From the NCBI GenBank assembly GCA_003554965.1, contig PWHR01000020.1:70202-134201 (forward strand): a stretch of 64,000 nucleotides of DNA, given 5' to 3'. This DNA comes from Thermoplasmata archaeon. Its GTDB lineage: Archaea; Thermoplasmatota; Thermoplasmata; Halarchaeoplasmatales; Halarchaeoplasmataceae. This document shows positions 1 through 10,257 of the stretch, piece by piece. How positions within the stretch are numbered: position 1 is the first letter of the stretch; each line of letters starts with the position of its first letter. Under the pieces are notes generated by a model that saw only the letters and a list, made by a program, of their open reading frames with translations, ran no database searches and was not told the DNA's origin. The position numbers were made by a program, and so were the translations under genes.

Positions 1-479
1 ATATCGCATAATTTCATAAGCGGATTAGTAGGAGATTCTAACCATATCATCTCTACCGATTCGTCTAAGCTGTCCTCTACTCTTTCTAGATTTGATGCAT
101 CCACGTATTCAAATTCCAATCCGAAGTCGACCATCACCTGGTTGAACAATCTTTTAGTACCTCCGTAAAGATCGTCGAAAGCCAAGACCCTGTCTCCTTT
201 TTCCAAAAGGGACATCAAGACCGCGGTCTCGGCCGCCATGCCGGAGGCGAATGTTAATCCTCCAAACCCTTTTTCCAACGAGGCCAATTTTCTTTCTAAC
301 TTGCATCTTGTAGGATTACTTGTTCTCGAATAAACATGCCCTTTTTCTATATCGTCGATACTCTCTTTCGCAAAAGTCGTTGTCAGGTGGATAGGAGCTA
401 TCACATCACCGTCTCTAGTCTCTTCAGGCTCTTCCGCTTCATGTATGCTTCGTGTAGAGAAACCTTTTTCTTCTTTCAT
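1..479 (-). CDS. Cystathionine gamma-lyase/synthase family PLP enzyme (runs off the left window edge; absent from the ORF track)
   Basis: Manual translation from the ATG at 479: MKEEKGFSTRSIHEAEEP...YSRTSNPTR...FASGMAA...DDLYGGT...WLESPTNPLMK, all Cys/Met metabolism PLP-family motifs. ATGA overlap with the stop of the upstream gene. Confidence 0.9.
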   Translation of the reverse strand, partial: MKEEKGFSTRSIHEAEEPEETRDGDVIAPIHLTTTFAKESIDDIEKGHVYSRTSNPTRCKLERKLASLEKGFGGLTFASGMAAETAVLMSLLEKGDRVLAFDDLYGGTKRLFNQVMVDFGLEFEYVDASNLERVEDSLDESVEMIWLESPTNPLMKLCD

Positions 480-1639
480 TTTATAACCTCCAATACTTCT
501 TCATCGTTGATCATCAATCCATGCTTTTTCATCCATTCGTCATCAAAGACTCTAGTGAGATAATTCCTCCCAGTATCGGGTATTAGCACGAGAGCTTTTC
601 CTTCCCGTATATCATTATCTTTAATATATTTTATCGCCCCGTAAACAGCACTGCCGGCAGACCCACCGGCAAATATGCTTTCCTCTCTAGCTAAAAACCT
701 TGCCATCGAAAAAGATTTTTGGTCTTCGCTTTTGACTATCTCGTCTATGAGATCTAGATCTAAAGTTTCTGGTATCAGATCTTCTCCGATGCCTTCGGTC
801 AGATAGGATTCTGCTTCATCCTTCACCTCTTCTTCCGATTTTCCTTTCTTGACCTTGCTTATTATAGATCCTTTTGGATCTATTCCTATAACCTTCAATG
901 AGATCTTATCTTTCAAATATCGTGACACCCCTGAGATGGTGCCGCCTGTTCCGACACCCGCGAAGAAGTAATCCAAGCCATCTCCTATCTGATCCATTAT
1001 CTCCGGTCCGGTGGTATTTTCGTGAGCCAATGGATTGTACTTGTTCTCGTACTGGTTTGGCAGGTAAGCTTTTGGAGAAGGTTCCACATCCCTGCTCAGT
1101 ATCTCTTCCAGCTTTTCTTTTTTTTCTTCACGATACAATCTTCGAACCCTCTCAACGATTTCATCTATGTCACTTCTCTCTACCTCCTCCAACTCCCAAA
1201 AAAGTTTTTTCAACACTTCTGCCGCACTGTAATAGGACAAAGGATCTTCGGGCTTGACTTCCGTAGGTGTCCTCACCACTTCAGCACCCATCGCTTCAAG
1301 AAGAAGCTCTTTCTCCTGGCTCATCTTATCCGGCATGGTGAAAACGGTGAATATATTTTGGAGATTAGCGGCTATAGCGAGGCCCATTCCTGTGTTGCCC
1401 GAGGTGGGTTCCACTATAACTCCGCCTTCCTCTATCTTCCCCTCATTTATCGCGCCCTCTAGCATCTCAAGGCCAACTCTATCTTTAACGCTGCCACCTG
1501 GATTCATGTATTCAAGCTTGGCATAAAGATCCACTTCCAGTGAAAAGTGATCTTCAAGCCGTGCTAATCTAACTATTGGAGTGTTTCCAACGATCTCTGA
1601 TACGTTGTCTTTTACATTATGATCATCATTCCGGTTCAT
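476..1639 (-). CDS. Cystathionine beta-synthase / cysteine synthase family PLP enzyme
   Basis: GNTP, KLEYMNPGGSVKDR (PLP lysine), EPTSGNTG, GVGTGGT, EGIGED and PDTGRNY motifs. Start placed at ATG 1639; the ORF-track extension to 1714 crosses the promoter. Confidence 0.88.
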   Translation of the reverse strand: MNRNDDHNVKDNVSEIVGNTPIVRLARLEDHFSLEVDLYAKLEYMNPGGSVKDRVGLEMLEGAINEGKIEEGGVIVEPTSGNTGMGLAIAANLQNIFTVFTMPDKMSQEKELLLEAMGAEVVRTPTEVKPEDPLSYYSAAEVLKKLFWELEEVERSDIDEIVERVRRLYREEKKEKLEEILSRDVEPSPKAYLPNQYENKYNPLAHENTTGPEIMDQIGDGLDYFFAGVGTGGTISGVSRYLKDKISLKVIGIDPKGSIISKVKKGKSEEEVKDEAESYLTEGIGEDLIPETLDLDLIDEIVKSEDQKSFSMARFLAREESIFAGGSAGSAVYGAIKYIKDNDIREGKALVLIPDTGRNYLTRVFDDEWMKKHGLMINDEEVLEVIK

Positions 1640-1659
1640 TTTACACCTGTCACTTGTAT

Positions 1660-1704
1660 TATAACGGTGTTTTATTTGGATTTTTCCGTTATAACACCGT
1701 ATTA
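1660..1704. promoter_or_regulatory. Two imperfect palindromes (TATAAC-N3-GTTATA consensus) in a divergent promoter; candidate operator
   Basis: TATAACGGTGTTTTA at 1660-1674 and TATAACACCGTATTA at 1690-1704, 30 bp apart, between the CBS gene and an HTH regulator. Confidence 0.55.
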
Positions 1705-1741
1705 TTTTTAACATACCAGTCGTATGGTCGTGTAAGAGGAG

Positions 1742-2134
1742 ATGGATAAAATGAAAACCAAGCCTCCCTGTGAATTCATAGTTAATAAAGTTCTACCGGC
1801 GATCAGATCAACTTTGGTGCTTGAACTCAGCGAAAGATATGGACTGACCCAAACCAAAATATCTGAATTACTAGGGCTAACCCAACCAGCGGTCAGTCAG
1901 TATCTCAGTAAAACGAGGGGGAAACACGAAGAGATCGTAGAGAATTTTCCCCAGATAAAGGAATTCGCAGAGGAACAAGCTAAAGCACTGATCGAGGGGG
2001 ACATCGAACCTTCTCAGATATACGTCTGTGAGCCCTGCAGAGAATTGAGAGCGCTCGATCAGTTCTGCGAGCATCATCAGGTTTTCTCTAAAGTTCCGGA
2101 GAACTGTCAACTCTGCCTTGGAGATAAGAAATGA
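1742..2134 (+). CDS. XRE-type HTH transcriptional regulator with Cys/His-rich C-terminus (COG2522-like)
   Basis: PPCE...LPAIR...GLTQTKISELLGLTQPAVSQYL..RG family signature; C-terminal CEPC, CEHH and CQLC. Confidence 0.8.
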   Translation: MDKMKTKPPCEFIVNKVLPAIRSTLVLELSERYGLTQTKISELLGLTQPAVSQYLSKTRGKHEEIVENFPQIKEFAEEQAKALIEGDIEPSQIYVCEPCRELRALDQFCEHHQVFSKVPENCQLCLGDKK

Positions 2135-2194
2135 ACGGGGACGAGGTGATCTTCATCTCTAAAAAAGGCCGTTAAAGATATAACTTCCCATTCG

Positions 2195-3421
2195 ATGATA
2201 AAATCGATGGACACCCTTGTTAAATCTACCCACAACATAGATCTTCACATCCACGGGAAATATTCCAAAGGCGTCTCTAAAAAGATGGAATTCAGTGTTC
2301 TCGCTAGAGAGAGCGATAAAAAAGGTATAGATGTTCTAGGCACCGGAGACTGCTTGAATCCTAGGTGGCGGAAAGAGATCAGCAAGATGAACAAAGAAAG
2401 AGAATCCGTCTACTCTAAACAGGGAATGGAATTCTTTTTGACAGGAGAAGTTGAGACAGATGATAGAGTCCATCACTTATTGATATTTCCTTCACTATCT
2501 AAGGCAGAAGAACTATATGAGAGGCTTAAGCGCTTTTCTTCAGATATAGATTCCAACGGCAGACCGAAAGTAGGATTATCCGGTGAAGAACTGGCTCTTA
2601 TGGCATCAGAGAGCGGATGTTTGTACGGTCCGGCCCACGCCTTCACTCCCTATACAGGTCTTTACGGCAATCATGATTCTTTAGAATCAGCCTACGGGAA
2701 ATTCAGCGACGAGATCGATTTTTTAGAGTTGGGGTTGAGCGCTGATAGCAGTTATGCCGGAAAATTATCAGAACTCCAAGATATCATATATCTATCAAAT
2801 TCTGACGCCCATTCGCCTTTTCCACATCGGCTCGCTAGAGAATTCAACACTATCGAACTTCCAGAGGTGAGCTTTGAAGCTTTAAAAGATCTATTCAAAG
2901 GTAAAAGAGGAAAGGTAGTAAGGAATGTAGGTCTACCTCCGGAAGAGGGAAAGTACAATGAAAGTGCCTGCAACAAATGCTATACTCATTACTCCTTCGA
3001 GGAATCAGTTTCTAGGAATTGGAAGTGCAAGTGTGGTGGAAGTATAAAGAAAGGCGTTAAAGACCGAGTTGGAGAACTCGCAGATCGTGAAGCTCCTAAG
3101 AACTTACCTCCATACTTAGCCATGATACCTCTGCAGGAGATAATAGCTAAGGGTGTAGGCCATTCCAGTCCTACGACGAAAAAAGTGAACGAGATATGGC
3201 AAGATATGATAGAAAAGATAGGGGATGAGGTTGAGATACTCTGTGAAGAAACATCAGAGAGGATCAGAAATGTAGCGGGCGAAGAAATAGCAGAACTCAT
3301 CAAAGACTTCAGAGAGGACGAAATAGAGATAGAATCTGGAGGAGGGGGAAAATACGGCAAGATCGTTAACTCCAAGGGCATTGGAAAGCAGGATAAGCAG
3401 AGATCTTTGACTGATTTTTGA
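2195..3421 (+). CDS. Endonuclease Q family protein (PHP domain plus Zn ribbon, TIGR00375-like)
   Basis: DLHIHGKYS, GTGD, VHHL, PAHAFTP, ELGLSAD, SNSDAHS, GKY..AC..C, CKCGG.IKKGV.DR and GGGGKYG motifs. Confidence 0.85.
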   Translation: MIKSMDTLVKSTHNIDLHIHGKYSKGVSKKMEFSVLARESDKKGIDVLGTGDCLNPRWRKEISKMNKERESVYSKQGMEFFLTGEVETDDRVHHLLIFPSLSKAEELYERLKRFSSDIDSNGRPKVGLSGEELALMASESGCLYGPAHAFTPYTGLYGNHDSLESAYGKFSDEIDFLELGLSADSSYAGKLSELQDIIYLSNSDAHSPFPHRLAREFNTIELPEVSFEALKDLFKGKRGKVVRNVGLPPEEGKYNESACNKCYTHYSFEESVSRNWKCKCGGSIKKGVKDRVGELADREAPKNLPPYLAMIPLQEIIAKGVGHSSPTTKKVNEIWQDMIEKIGDEVEILCEETSERIRNVAGEEIAELIKDFREDEIEIESGGGGKYGKIVNSKGIGKQDKQRSLTDF

Positions 3422-3471
3422 GCCCTTCACTAACAAAAGATTTATCAAAGAATTGTTAATCACTTAACCCG

Positions 3472-4530
3472 ATGACTAAAACTGTTATATTGACCGACGG
3501 ATTCCTTGACGAAGGTACCGCAAAAACAGCTCATGGTCTGTTGAGACACTCAGAGAAATACGATATCGTTGGTGTGATAGATTCAGATTTTGAAGGAAAA
3601 ACGACAGATGAGATCATCAGACGGAGTAAATCCGTTAAGATCTATCCTGATGTTGATTCAGTGTTGAAAGAAGAAGAAGTAGAAAAGCTGATAGTTGGAG
3701 TGGCCACGATCGGAGGATATCTGCCGGAAAACTTTAGAAGGCACATCAAGACAGCTATAGAAAATGGTATAGACATAATCGCTGGATTACACCATTACAT
3801 GAATGAAGACGATGAGTTGAGCGCGTTGGCAGAAGAGCACAGTGTCGATCTGAAGGACATCAGGAAACCACCACCATTAGATGAACTACACTACTTCCAG
3901 GATAGAAAAAAAGAGATCGATGCTTTAACGATACCTTTTCTTGGAACGGATAGTTCGGTTGGTAAAAGAACAGCTCTGCTGGAAGTATTGGAATGTTTGG
4001 AAGAGAGAGGAAACGATGTTGAATGGGTAGCGACCGGACAGACCGGATTACTTCAGGGTCCCGATTATGGCCTCCCTCTGGATTCGATAAAAGGAGACTA
4101 TATGGTCGGTGAACTTGAACATCAGATATGGAGAGCCTGGAAAGAGAACGAACCGGATTTCATACTGGTAGAAGGACAGGGGAGCATATCCCATCCAGCC
4201 TACGTCTGTGGGTCCAGAGCTATCTTGGCAGGGAGTCAGCCTGACGGAGTGGTACTCCAACACGATCCAGCTAGAAAATACAGGCATTATCAGGAAGATG
4301 AGATCCAGTGGCCGATGCCTGAAGTAGGGGAAGAGATAGAGCTGATCAGAAAATTCTCTGGGGCGGATGTGATAGCGATCACGCTGAACACTAAGGACAT
4401 CACAGAAGAGAAAACGGAAAAATACAAGATAAAGTACGAACAAAGATATAATCTGCCTACAGCTGATGCTTTGGGGGATGTGGAAAAGATAGCTAAAAGG
4501 ATCGAGGTTCAGAAAGAACTTTCAGAGTGA
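3472..4530 (+). CDS. DUF1611 family protein (DgcN-like N-acetyltransferase, P-loop fold)
   Basis: AKTAHGLLR, GLH, GTDSSVGKRT, ATGQTG and VEGQGSISHPAY motifs. Confidence 0.85.
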   Translation: MTKTVILTDGFLDEGTAKTAHGLLRHSEKYDIVGVIDSDFEGKTTDEIIRRSKSVKIYPDVDSVLKEEEVEKLIVGVATIGGYLPENFRRHIKTAIENGIDIIAGLHHYMNEDDELSALAEEHSVDLKDIRKPPPLDELHYFQDRKKEIDALTIPFLGTDSSVGKRTALLEVLECLEERGNDVEWVATGQTGLLQGPDYGLPLDSIKGDYMVGELEHQIWRAWKENEPDFILVEGQGSISHPAYVCGSRAILAGSQPDGVVLQHDPARKYRHYQEDEIQWPMPEVGEEIELIRKFSGADVIAITLNTKDITEEKTEKYKIKYEQRYNLPTADALGDVEKIAKRIEVQKELSE

Positions 4531-4534
4531 TAGA

Positions 4535-5461
4535 TCAATCGATCTTGACTCCTTCGTTGTTCGGTTCACCAACCCAAACTCTATGATCTTTACCATCGTT
4601 CGGCAGAACCTTCTTTTTTACCTTCTTCAACTCATCCTCTTTAACAAGGCCGTAAGCAGTAGGTCCCCACGAACTCTGACCCGCTCCATAGGTCTCTTCT
4701 TTCAAGGATTCTACGATCTCCGAAACAGCTGGATTGTAAGTACCTTCTTGATAGCCAGAGAAAGACCTTCCAACAAGTTCCTGTATCCTGGTAAGATGTT
4801 TGCCGAAAGCTCTAATATCTTCGTCCACTAACGCGGGTAACATACCCATCAATATGTTGTGAGATATTTTTTCGGGATACTTTTTTTCAACTTTTAGTTC
4901 ATCCATTATCGGTCTTTCCTCTTTTTCGTCATATCCCTTATTGCTTTTAGGACATATTATCAAAAATCTCCAGTCTTCAGGCACTTCGCTTCTAAAAAGC
5001 AGAGGAGAGAGTTTCTGTTCTTTAGTTTTTCCACCCTCCAATATAAATCCTCCTGATCTAAATCCATATGTGCCTATCGCGGAGTAGCGTGCCCTGTCCA
5101 ACATCGAAGCTAGTTTTGGCACTTTTATCTCTTTACCGGCAGCTTTCAACATCCCGTATCCAGCTCCAAGAGTGATCTGGGTTGTAGAACCGAGGCCGAC
5201 ATGACTTGGAACGCTCTCAATTATATTCACTTCAAATCCACAAGATAGGTCGTAATTCTCTGCCAGGGTAGAATAAACATCTCTAACTATACTTTTTTCT
5301 TTTTCATCCCCTACCACTTTTATATCTTTTTCACCGATAGATTCTATCTCTATCTTATAGCCACCTTTCAAACTCACACCTAAAGCACCATATTCCCGTT
5401 GGTAGGTCCTGCTGAGATCGATTATCCCAAAATGAAGCCTGCTTGGAGTTTTTATTATCAT
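4535..5461 (-). CDS. beta-ribofuranosylaminobenzene 5'-phosphate synthase family (GHMP superfamily)
   Basis: TPSRLHFGIIDL, PSHVGLGSTTQ, SAIGTYGF..GGFILEGG and GAGQSSWGPT motifs. Confidence 0.8.
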   Translation of the reverse strand: MIIKTPSRLHFGIIDLSRTYQREYGALGVSLKGGYKIEIESIGEKDIKVVGDEKEKSIVRDVYSTLAENYDLSCGFEVNIIESVPSHVGLGSTTQITLGAGYGMLKAAGKEIKVPKLASMLDRARYSAIGTYGFRSGGFILEGGKTKEQKLSPLLFRSEVPEDWRFLIICPKSNKGYDEKEERPIMDELKVEKKYPEKISHNILMGMLPALVDEDIRAFGKHLTRIQELVGRSFSGYQEGTYNPAVSEIVESLKEETYGAGQSSWGPTAYGLVKEDELKKVKKKVLPNDGKDHRVWVGEPNNEGVKID

Positions 5462-6558
5462 AATTCACCTTCAAGGTCCATAAGATACTTTTTCACCTTA
5501 TCTTCGTGGATCCTCATCCCTAATCCAGGATCATCTGAGATCCACAATTTACCGCATTCAAAATCCAAGCCGCTGGCTATGTTATCAGAGAGCATGAAGT
5601 GACTGTCTAGATCTGCAAATTTAAGTTTGCTCGTACTGTTGAAAAGGTGAGCTCCCGCACCTATAGAAACGCTGGTTTCTCCCATGCAACCGACCATCCC
5701 GTCAACACCGTACCTTTCCATCACATCAACGATCTTTCTGCCGCCGGTGATACCGCCGCATTTTGCTAATTTTATATTGATCATGTCCGCTATCTCTTCC
5801 GTACATATCTTTTCTGCCATCTTCGGCCCTTTTACGGTTTCATCAGCCATTATGGGCATATCGGTCTCTTCCGTCACCTTTTTTAGACCTGCTATATCAT
5901 CTACATCAACAGGCTGCTCAACGAATTTTACGTTCAAATCGGCTATCCTCTGGCATAGAGTTATAGATTCCTCAGGAGTAAAGGCTTGATTCGCATCCAC
6001 CCAGATATCTAAATCGGGACCTCCTTCTTCTCTCACTGCTTTTATTCTCCTGATGTCTTCCATCAAACCCATGCCGATCTTTATCTTGATAGCTTTGAAA
6101 CCGCGTCTCATGAATTCCCTCGCGTGTTCTCTAGTTTCACTCTCTGTCATCAGGCCTATAGTTCTGTCAGTCAATATTCCTTCATTAACCCCGTTGATTA
6201 TCTCGTAAACTCTTTTTCCGCTCAACTTCCCAGCAAGATCATAGAGTGCTATGTCAACACCGGCTAAAGCAGCTGGATCGTCTGGTAGTTTTTCCCTCAT
6301 ATCCTGCCAGTTCTTTTCAACATCTATACGTTCATCTTTCATGTTTGAACTCATCACCTTGACAGCTTTCAGTATCGATTCTACGCTTTCATCGGTGACG
6401 CTGTTTGCGCTTGAATTGCCCCATCCGTCTTCAGTCTTAGATTTTATCCTTACCAGGACATTTTCCGCTGTCAGGGAAGAACCGGTTGATATCCTAAATA
6501 CTTCGTCTCGATCGATCCCTATAGGAAAGCTCTCCACATCTTCTACTTCAATCTCCAT
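5458..6558 (-). CDS. Dipeptide epimerase / L-Ala-D/L-Glu epimerase family (enolase superfamily, DgcA-like)
   Basis: KIKIG, VDANQ, EQP, MADE, NIKLAKCGG, GCMGE and ADLD motifs. Confidence 0.85.
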   Translation of the reverse strand: MEIEVEDVESFPIGIDRDEVFRISTGSSLTAENVLVRIKSKTEDGWGNSSANSVTDESVESILKAVKVMSSNMKDERIDVEKNWQDMREKLPDDPAALAGVDIALYDLAGKLSGKRVYEIINGVNEGILTDRTIGLMTESETREHAREFMRRGFKAIKIKIGMGLMEDIRRIKAVREEGGPDLDIWVDANQAFTPEESITLCQRIADLNVKFVEQPVDVDDIAGLKKVTEETDMPIMADETVKGPKMAEKICTEEIADMINIKLAKCGGITGGRKIVDVMERYGVDGMVGCMGETSVSIGAGAHLFNSTSKLKFADLDSHFMLSDNIASGLDFECGKLWISDDPGLGMRIHEDKVKKYLMDLEGEL

Positions 6559-7219
6559 CTAGATACACCTCTTCATAATATATGCACATATGAGTCAAAG
6601 GACATTCATCACACCTAGGATTTCTCGGTCTACATATTTCTTTACCGAATTGGACCATCAATCTATTAATCTCTATCCAATATTTCTTTGGGATCTTCTT
6701 TTCTAGGACTCTTTCAGTCTCTTCCGGGTCATTAGTTTCAGCTATACCCAACCTGTTACTTATCCTGTGGACATGAGTATCTACAGGAACTGCGGGCTCC
6801 CCGAAACCGTATACCAGTACACAGTTAGCAGTCTTTCTTCCCACACCTCTGAAATCTAAAAGATCATTTAAATCATCAGGGACTTCATCATCGAACTCTT
6901 GGTGTATCCTTTCAGCGATCCGTTTTACTCTTTTAGATTTGACGTTATAGAATCCACTCGGCTTGATCAATTCTTTTATCCTATCTAGAGGAGCCTCCGC
7001 TAGGTCTTTAGGAGTCGGATATTCTTCGAAAAGTGCTTCAGAAGCCCTGTGTGTATTCACGTCTTTCGTCCTTTGTGATAGAACTGTAGATATAAGAACT
7101 TCGAAGGGAGTCCTGTTAGGTGTTTCATCTTCATCTGGATCTTTACCTGGAAATGCACCTACTTCGAATTTTTCACGAAGGTACTCCATCATCTCATCAA
7201 AATCATGCTCCTTGGACAT
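6548..7219 (-). CDS. nth: Endonuclease III
   Basis: LSQRTKD, HhH GVGRKTA, VDTHVHR and C-X6-C-X2-C-X5-C [4Fe-4S] motif. Confidence 0.93.
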   Translation of the reverse strand: MSKEHDFDEMMEYLREKFEVGAFPGKDPDEDETPNRTPFEVLISTVLSQRTKDVNTHRASEALFEEYPTPKDLAEAPLDRIKELIKPSGFYNVKSKRVKRIAERIHQEFDDEVPDDLNDLLDFRGVGRKTANCVLVYGFGEPAVPVDTHVHRISNRLGIAETNDPEETERVLEKKIPKKYWIEINRLMVQFGKEICRPRNPRCDECPLTHMCIYYEEVYLDGD

Positions 7220-7225
7220 CTTATA

Positions 7226-8572
7226 TCACTTCTCCTCGCTAGTAAGTGTCGGTTTTTCTAGATCGGAAGCTTTTTTCCTGATGTCTCCTAATAGGTAAAG
7301 TGATCCGGTGATCACTATCAGATCACCTTTTCTCCAATCCTCCTCCGCCTTTCTTAACGCTTCTAAACCGTGCTCAAAGTATTCTGCTGAACAGTACTTT
7401 TCAAACTCTTCACCGAGCACTTCACTGCTCAACTTCCTTTCACTTACCGGCTCAGCGGTGTAAACTTTATCGACGATCGGACCCAAGACTTCGACCATAC
7501 TTTTGTAATCCTTATCTTCCAATATACCAACAACGGCCAAAAGTCTGTTGAATTCCAGTCCTTCAAGCCCCTGTTTCAATGCTTCGAACCCTGTGCGGTT
7601 GTGGGCGGAATCCATCATCACTCGCGGCTTTTTCTTCACGATCTCCATCTTTCCAGGGAACACGCTTTTTTCGATACCCCTTTTTATGTCTTCCTCCCGT
7701 ATATCATAACCTTCATCCTGAAGGGTTTCAGCGATCTTCAGACTCATCAATGCATTCTCGGCAAGCCAAGGAACCAGACCGTGAACTTCGATCTCTCCAT
7801 ACGGCTCCGTTTTCAATCTTAAAGGATCGAAAAGGATCTCATAATCTCTATCAAAGGCATAGTTGAAGGCGGCATCTCTCTCTTCACATACGTTTTTGAA
7901 ATATTCCCTTATCTCATCATCCTTCTCTCCCGTCACGAATGAGTTCTTATCAGCTATTATGCCGGCCTTTTCCTTTGCTATCTCCTTTTTAGTTTCACCC
8001 AAATATTCCGAATGATCAAAACCAATGTAAGTCACTGCCGAGACCTTATGAGGAGCAACATTTGTAGCGTCAAGTCTACCTCCCATCCCTACCTCCAACA
8101 CGGCGAAATCAACGTCTTGTTCAGAGAAATATAGAAAGGCAGTCGCGGTCAACACCTCAAAAAAACTCGGCCTTTTTTCAGGATCTTGTTCTTCGATCTT
8201 CTGCAGGATAGGATGGATCTTATCTATCATATTCCAAAGTTCATCTTCTTCGATGTACTTCCCGTTAACCTGTATCCTCTCTTCAAAGTCCATCAAGTGA
8301 GGTGAGAGATAAAGTCCGGTGTTAAAACCTGCTTCATCCAAGATGTTCATCAGAGCCGTACAGACAGAACCCTTAGCATTAGTGCCCCCTACTATTATAG
8401 GCTCAAAATCATTCTGTGGATCATCGAACTTTGAAAGGAAATCTTCGATCTTGTCCAGACAGAGTTTGAGTCCAACCCTTTTCAAAGAATAAAAGTAATC
8501 TTCAGGATGATCGAATTCCTCTCTTGGATCTCCTATTTTTCTCGCCGCTTCTTGGTCGCCTTTCTTTTCCAT
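7226..8572 (-). CDS. folC: Folylpolyglutamate synthase / dihydrofolate synthase
   Basis: GTNAKGS, SPHL..FEERI, FFE..TA, LEVGMGGRLDATN, DSAHN and TGSLYL motifs. Confidence 0.93.
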   Translation of the reverse strand: MEKKGDQEAARKIGDPREEFDHPEDYFYSLKRVGLKLCLDKIEDFLSKFDDPQNDFEPIIVGGTNAKGSVCTALMNILDEAGFNTGLYLSPHLMDFEERIQVNGKYIEEDELWNMIDKIHPILQKIEEQDPEKRPSFFEVLTATAFLYFSEQDVDFAVLEVGMGGRLDATNVAPHKVSAVTYIGFDHSEYLGETKKEIAKEKAGIIADKNSFVTGEKDDEIREYFKNVCEERDAAFNYAFDRDYEILFDPLRLKTEPYGEIEVHGLVPWLAENALMSLKIAETLQDEGYDIREEDIKRGIEKSVFPGKMEIVKKKPRVMMDSAHNRTGFEALKQGLEGLEFNRLLAVVGILEDKDYKSMVEVLGPIVDKVYTAEPVSERKLSSEVLGEEFEKYCSAEYFEHGLEALRKAEEDWRKGDLIVITGSLYLLGDIRKKASDLEKPTLTSEEK

Positions 8573-8600
8573 ATCTACCCTCTGCTGATTACTTCTTTTA

Positions 8601-10139
8601 TCAATGCTTGAATACTCTCTGCCCCGTGAAAGCCATGCTCATTCCATGTTCATCAACAGCTTCTATGACCTCATCATCTCTTATAGAGCCGCCGGGTTGA
8701 ACAACGCTTCTTATTCCCGCTTCAGCCGCCTCATCTATACCGTCTCTGAAGGGGAAGAACGCATCTGAAGCCATGGTTGCGCCTTCAGTATCCAATTTTG
8801 CTTTCATCCGGGCTATCTTGACAGCATCCACTCTACTCATCTGTCCGGCACCTACACCGACAGTATGATCCGACTTGGTGAACAGGATCGCATTGGATTT
8901 GATGTGTTTTACGACCTTCCATCCGAACTCCATCGCTTTCAGTTCATCTTCATCGGGTTCTCTATCGCTTTTTATCTTGAAATCCTCTTTGGTCGCGGTA
9001 TCTACATTCTTTTCCTGAACAAGAAGTCCTTCGGTCACTGGTTGGAAAGTGTAACCTACCTCTCGACTTTCCCACTCAGGCAATTCCATTATCCGGATGT
9101 TCTTCTTGTTTTTCAATACCTCTACAGCCTCATCCTCATATCCTGGAGCGATCACCGCCTCGATGAATATCTTGTCTATCTCTTCAGCCATGCCGACTGG
9201 AACTTCTCGATTAGCGGCGATTATGCCCCCGTAAATTGATTTGGGATCGCAGTCGTGAGCCAGCTTGTAAGCCTCTGTAAGATCTTCTCTTGAAGCTACT
9301 CCTGTCGGATTGGTATGTTTGATGGCAGCGACCGCAGGTTCTTCGAACTCTTTGACTATATCCATCGCGCCCTCTATATCCCGTATATTATTGTAAGAAA
9401 GTTTTTTCCCGTGAAGCTGTTCAGCTTTCAAAACTGAGCTTTCCTCTATCCTTTTAGTTTTGTAAAAAGCCGCCTTCTGATCTGGATTTTCCCCGTACCT
9501 CAGATCTCGAATCTTTTTTCCTACCACATTAAACTGATCAGGCAGGGAGTCCCAGTAGAAAGTTTCATGAAGATAGTTATATATCGCAGCGTCATAACTC
9601 GTAGTCTTTTGGAAAGCTTTCAAAGCTAGTTTTATCTTGGCCTGGAGCTGTACTTCCCCTACCTCCTCTATCTCATCTAATATCCACATGTAATCTTCAG
9701 GATCAGTGACCACTGCTACTCTTTCATGGTTCTTAGCAGCTGCTCTTAAAAGGGCTACGCCCCCTATATCGATATTCTCTATAGCTTCTTCGAGATCATG
9801 TTCCTTCCTTACCACTTCTTCAAAAGGATAGAGATTGACAGCAACAAGATCTATCTCCGGTAAAGCATGCTTCTCTATATCTTCTTCATGCTCTCCACTC
9901 CTGAACAAAATACCGCCGTGTATTTTGGGATGTAATGTCTTTACTCTGCCGTCAAGTATCTCCGGAAACTCAGTGATCTCGCTAACTCTCTGAACCTCCA
10001 ATCCCGCTTCTTCCAAAACCGAAGCGGTCCCTCCAGAAGAGATGATATCATAGCCGTTATCTATCAATCCTTCAGCGAACTCGACCAAACCTTCCTTTTC
10101 GTAAACACTAATGAGCGCTTTTTTCGACAATCGAAACAC
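8601..10139 (-). CDS. purH: Bifunctional AICAR transformylase / IMP cyclohydrolase
   Basis: [40 protein letters not shown] and ASDAFFPF motifs. The true start may be the TTG at 10130. Confidence 0.95.
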   Translation of the reverse strand: MFRLSKKALISVYEKEGLVEFAEGLIDNGYDIISSGGTASVLEEAGLEVQRVSEITEFPEILDGRVKTLHPKIHGGILFRSGEHEEDIEKHALPEIDLVAVNLYPFEEVVRKEHDLEEAIENIDIGGVALLRAAAKNHERVAVVTDPEDYMWILDEIEEVGEVQLQAKIKLALKAFQKTTSYDAAIYNYLHETFYWDSLPDQFNVVGKKIRDLRYGENPDQKAAFYKTKRIEESSVLKAEQLHGKKLSYNNIRDIEGAMDIVKEFEEPAVAAIKHTNPTGVASREDLTEAYKLAHDCDPKSIYGGIIAANREVPVGMAEEIDKIFIEAVIAPGYEDEAVEVLKNKKNIRIMELPEWESREVGYTFQPVTEGLLVQEKNVDTATKEDFKIKSDREPDEDELKAMEFGWKVVKHIKSNAILFTKSDHTVGVGAGQMSRVDAVKIARMKAKLDTEGATMASDAFFPFRDGIDEAAEAGIRSVVQPGGSIRDDEVIEAVDEHGMSMAFTGQRVFKH

Positions 10140-10257
10140 CGGACCGGTCTAAGATAAACCTATTTGATAAGTTTTACTCCTAGTAGGAAATTATTCATCT
10201 TAAAGAGAAATAAATGAATCGATAGCATTTTAAATCTCCTCTCATTTAACCGGAAAC

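Noticed and set aside
1640..1714. ORF-track N-terminal extensions (CBS gene; also 12615, 16692, 38016, 41245, 43059, 46610)
   Set aside because: They run through promoters or upstream genes; downstream ATGs fit SD/TATA spacing and family N-termini better.
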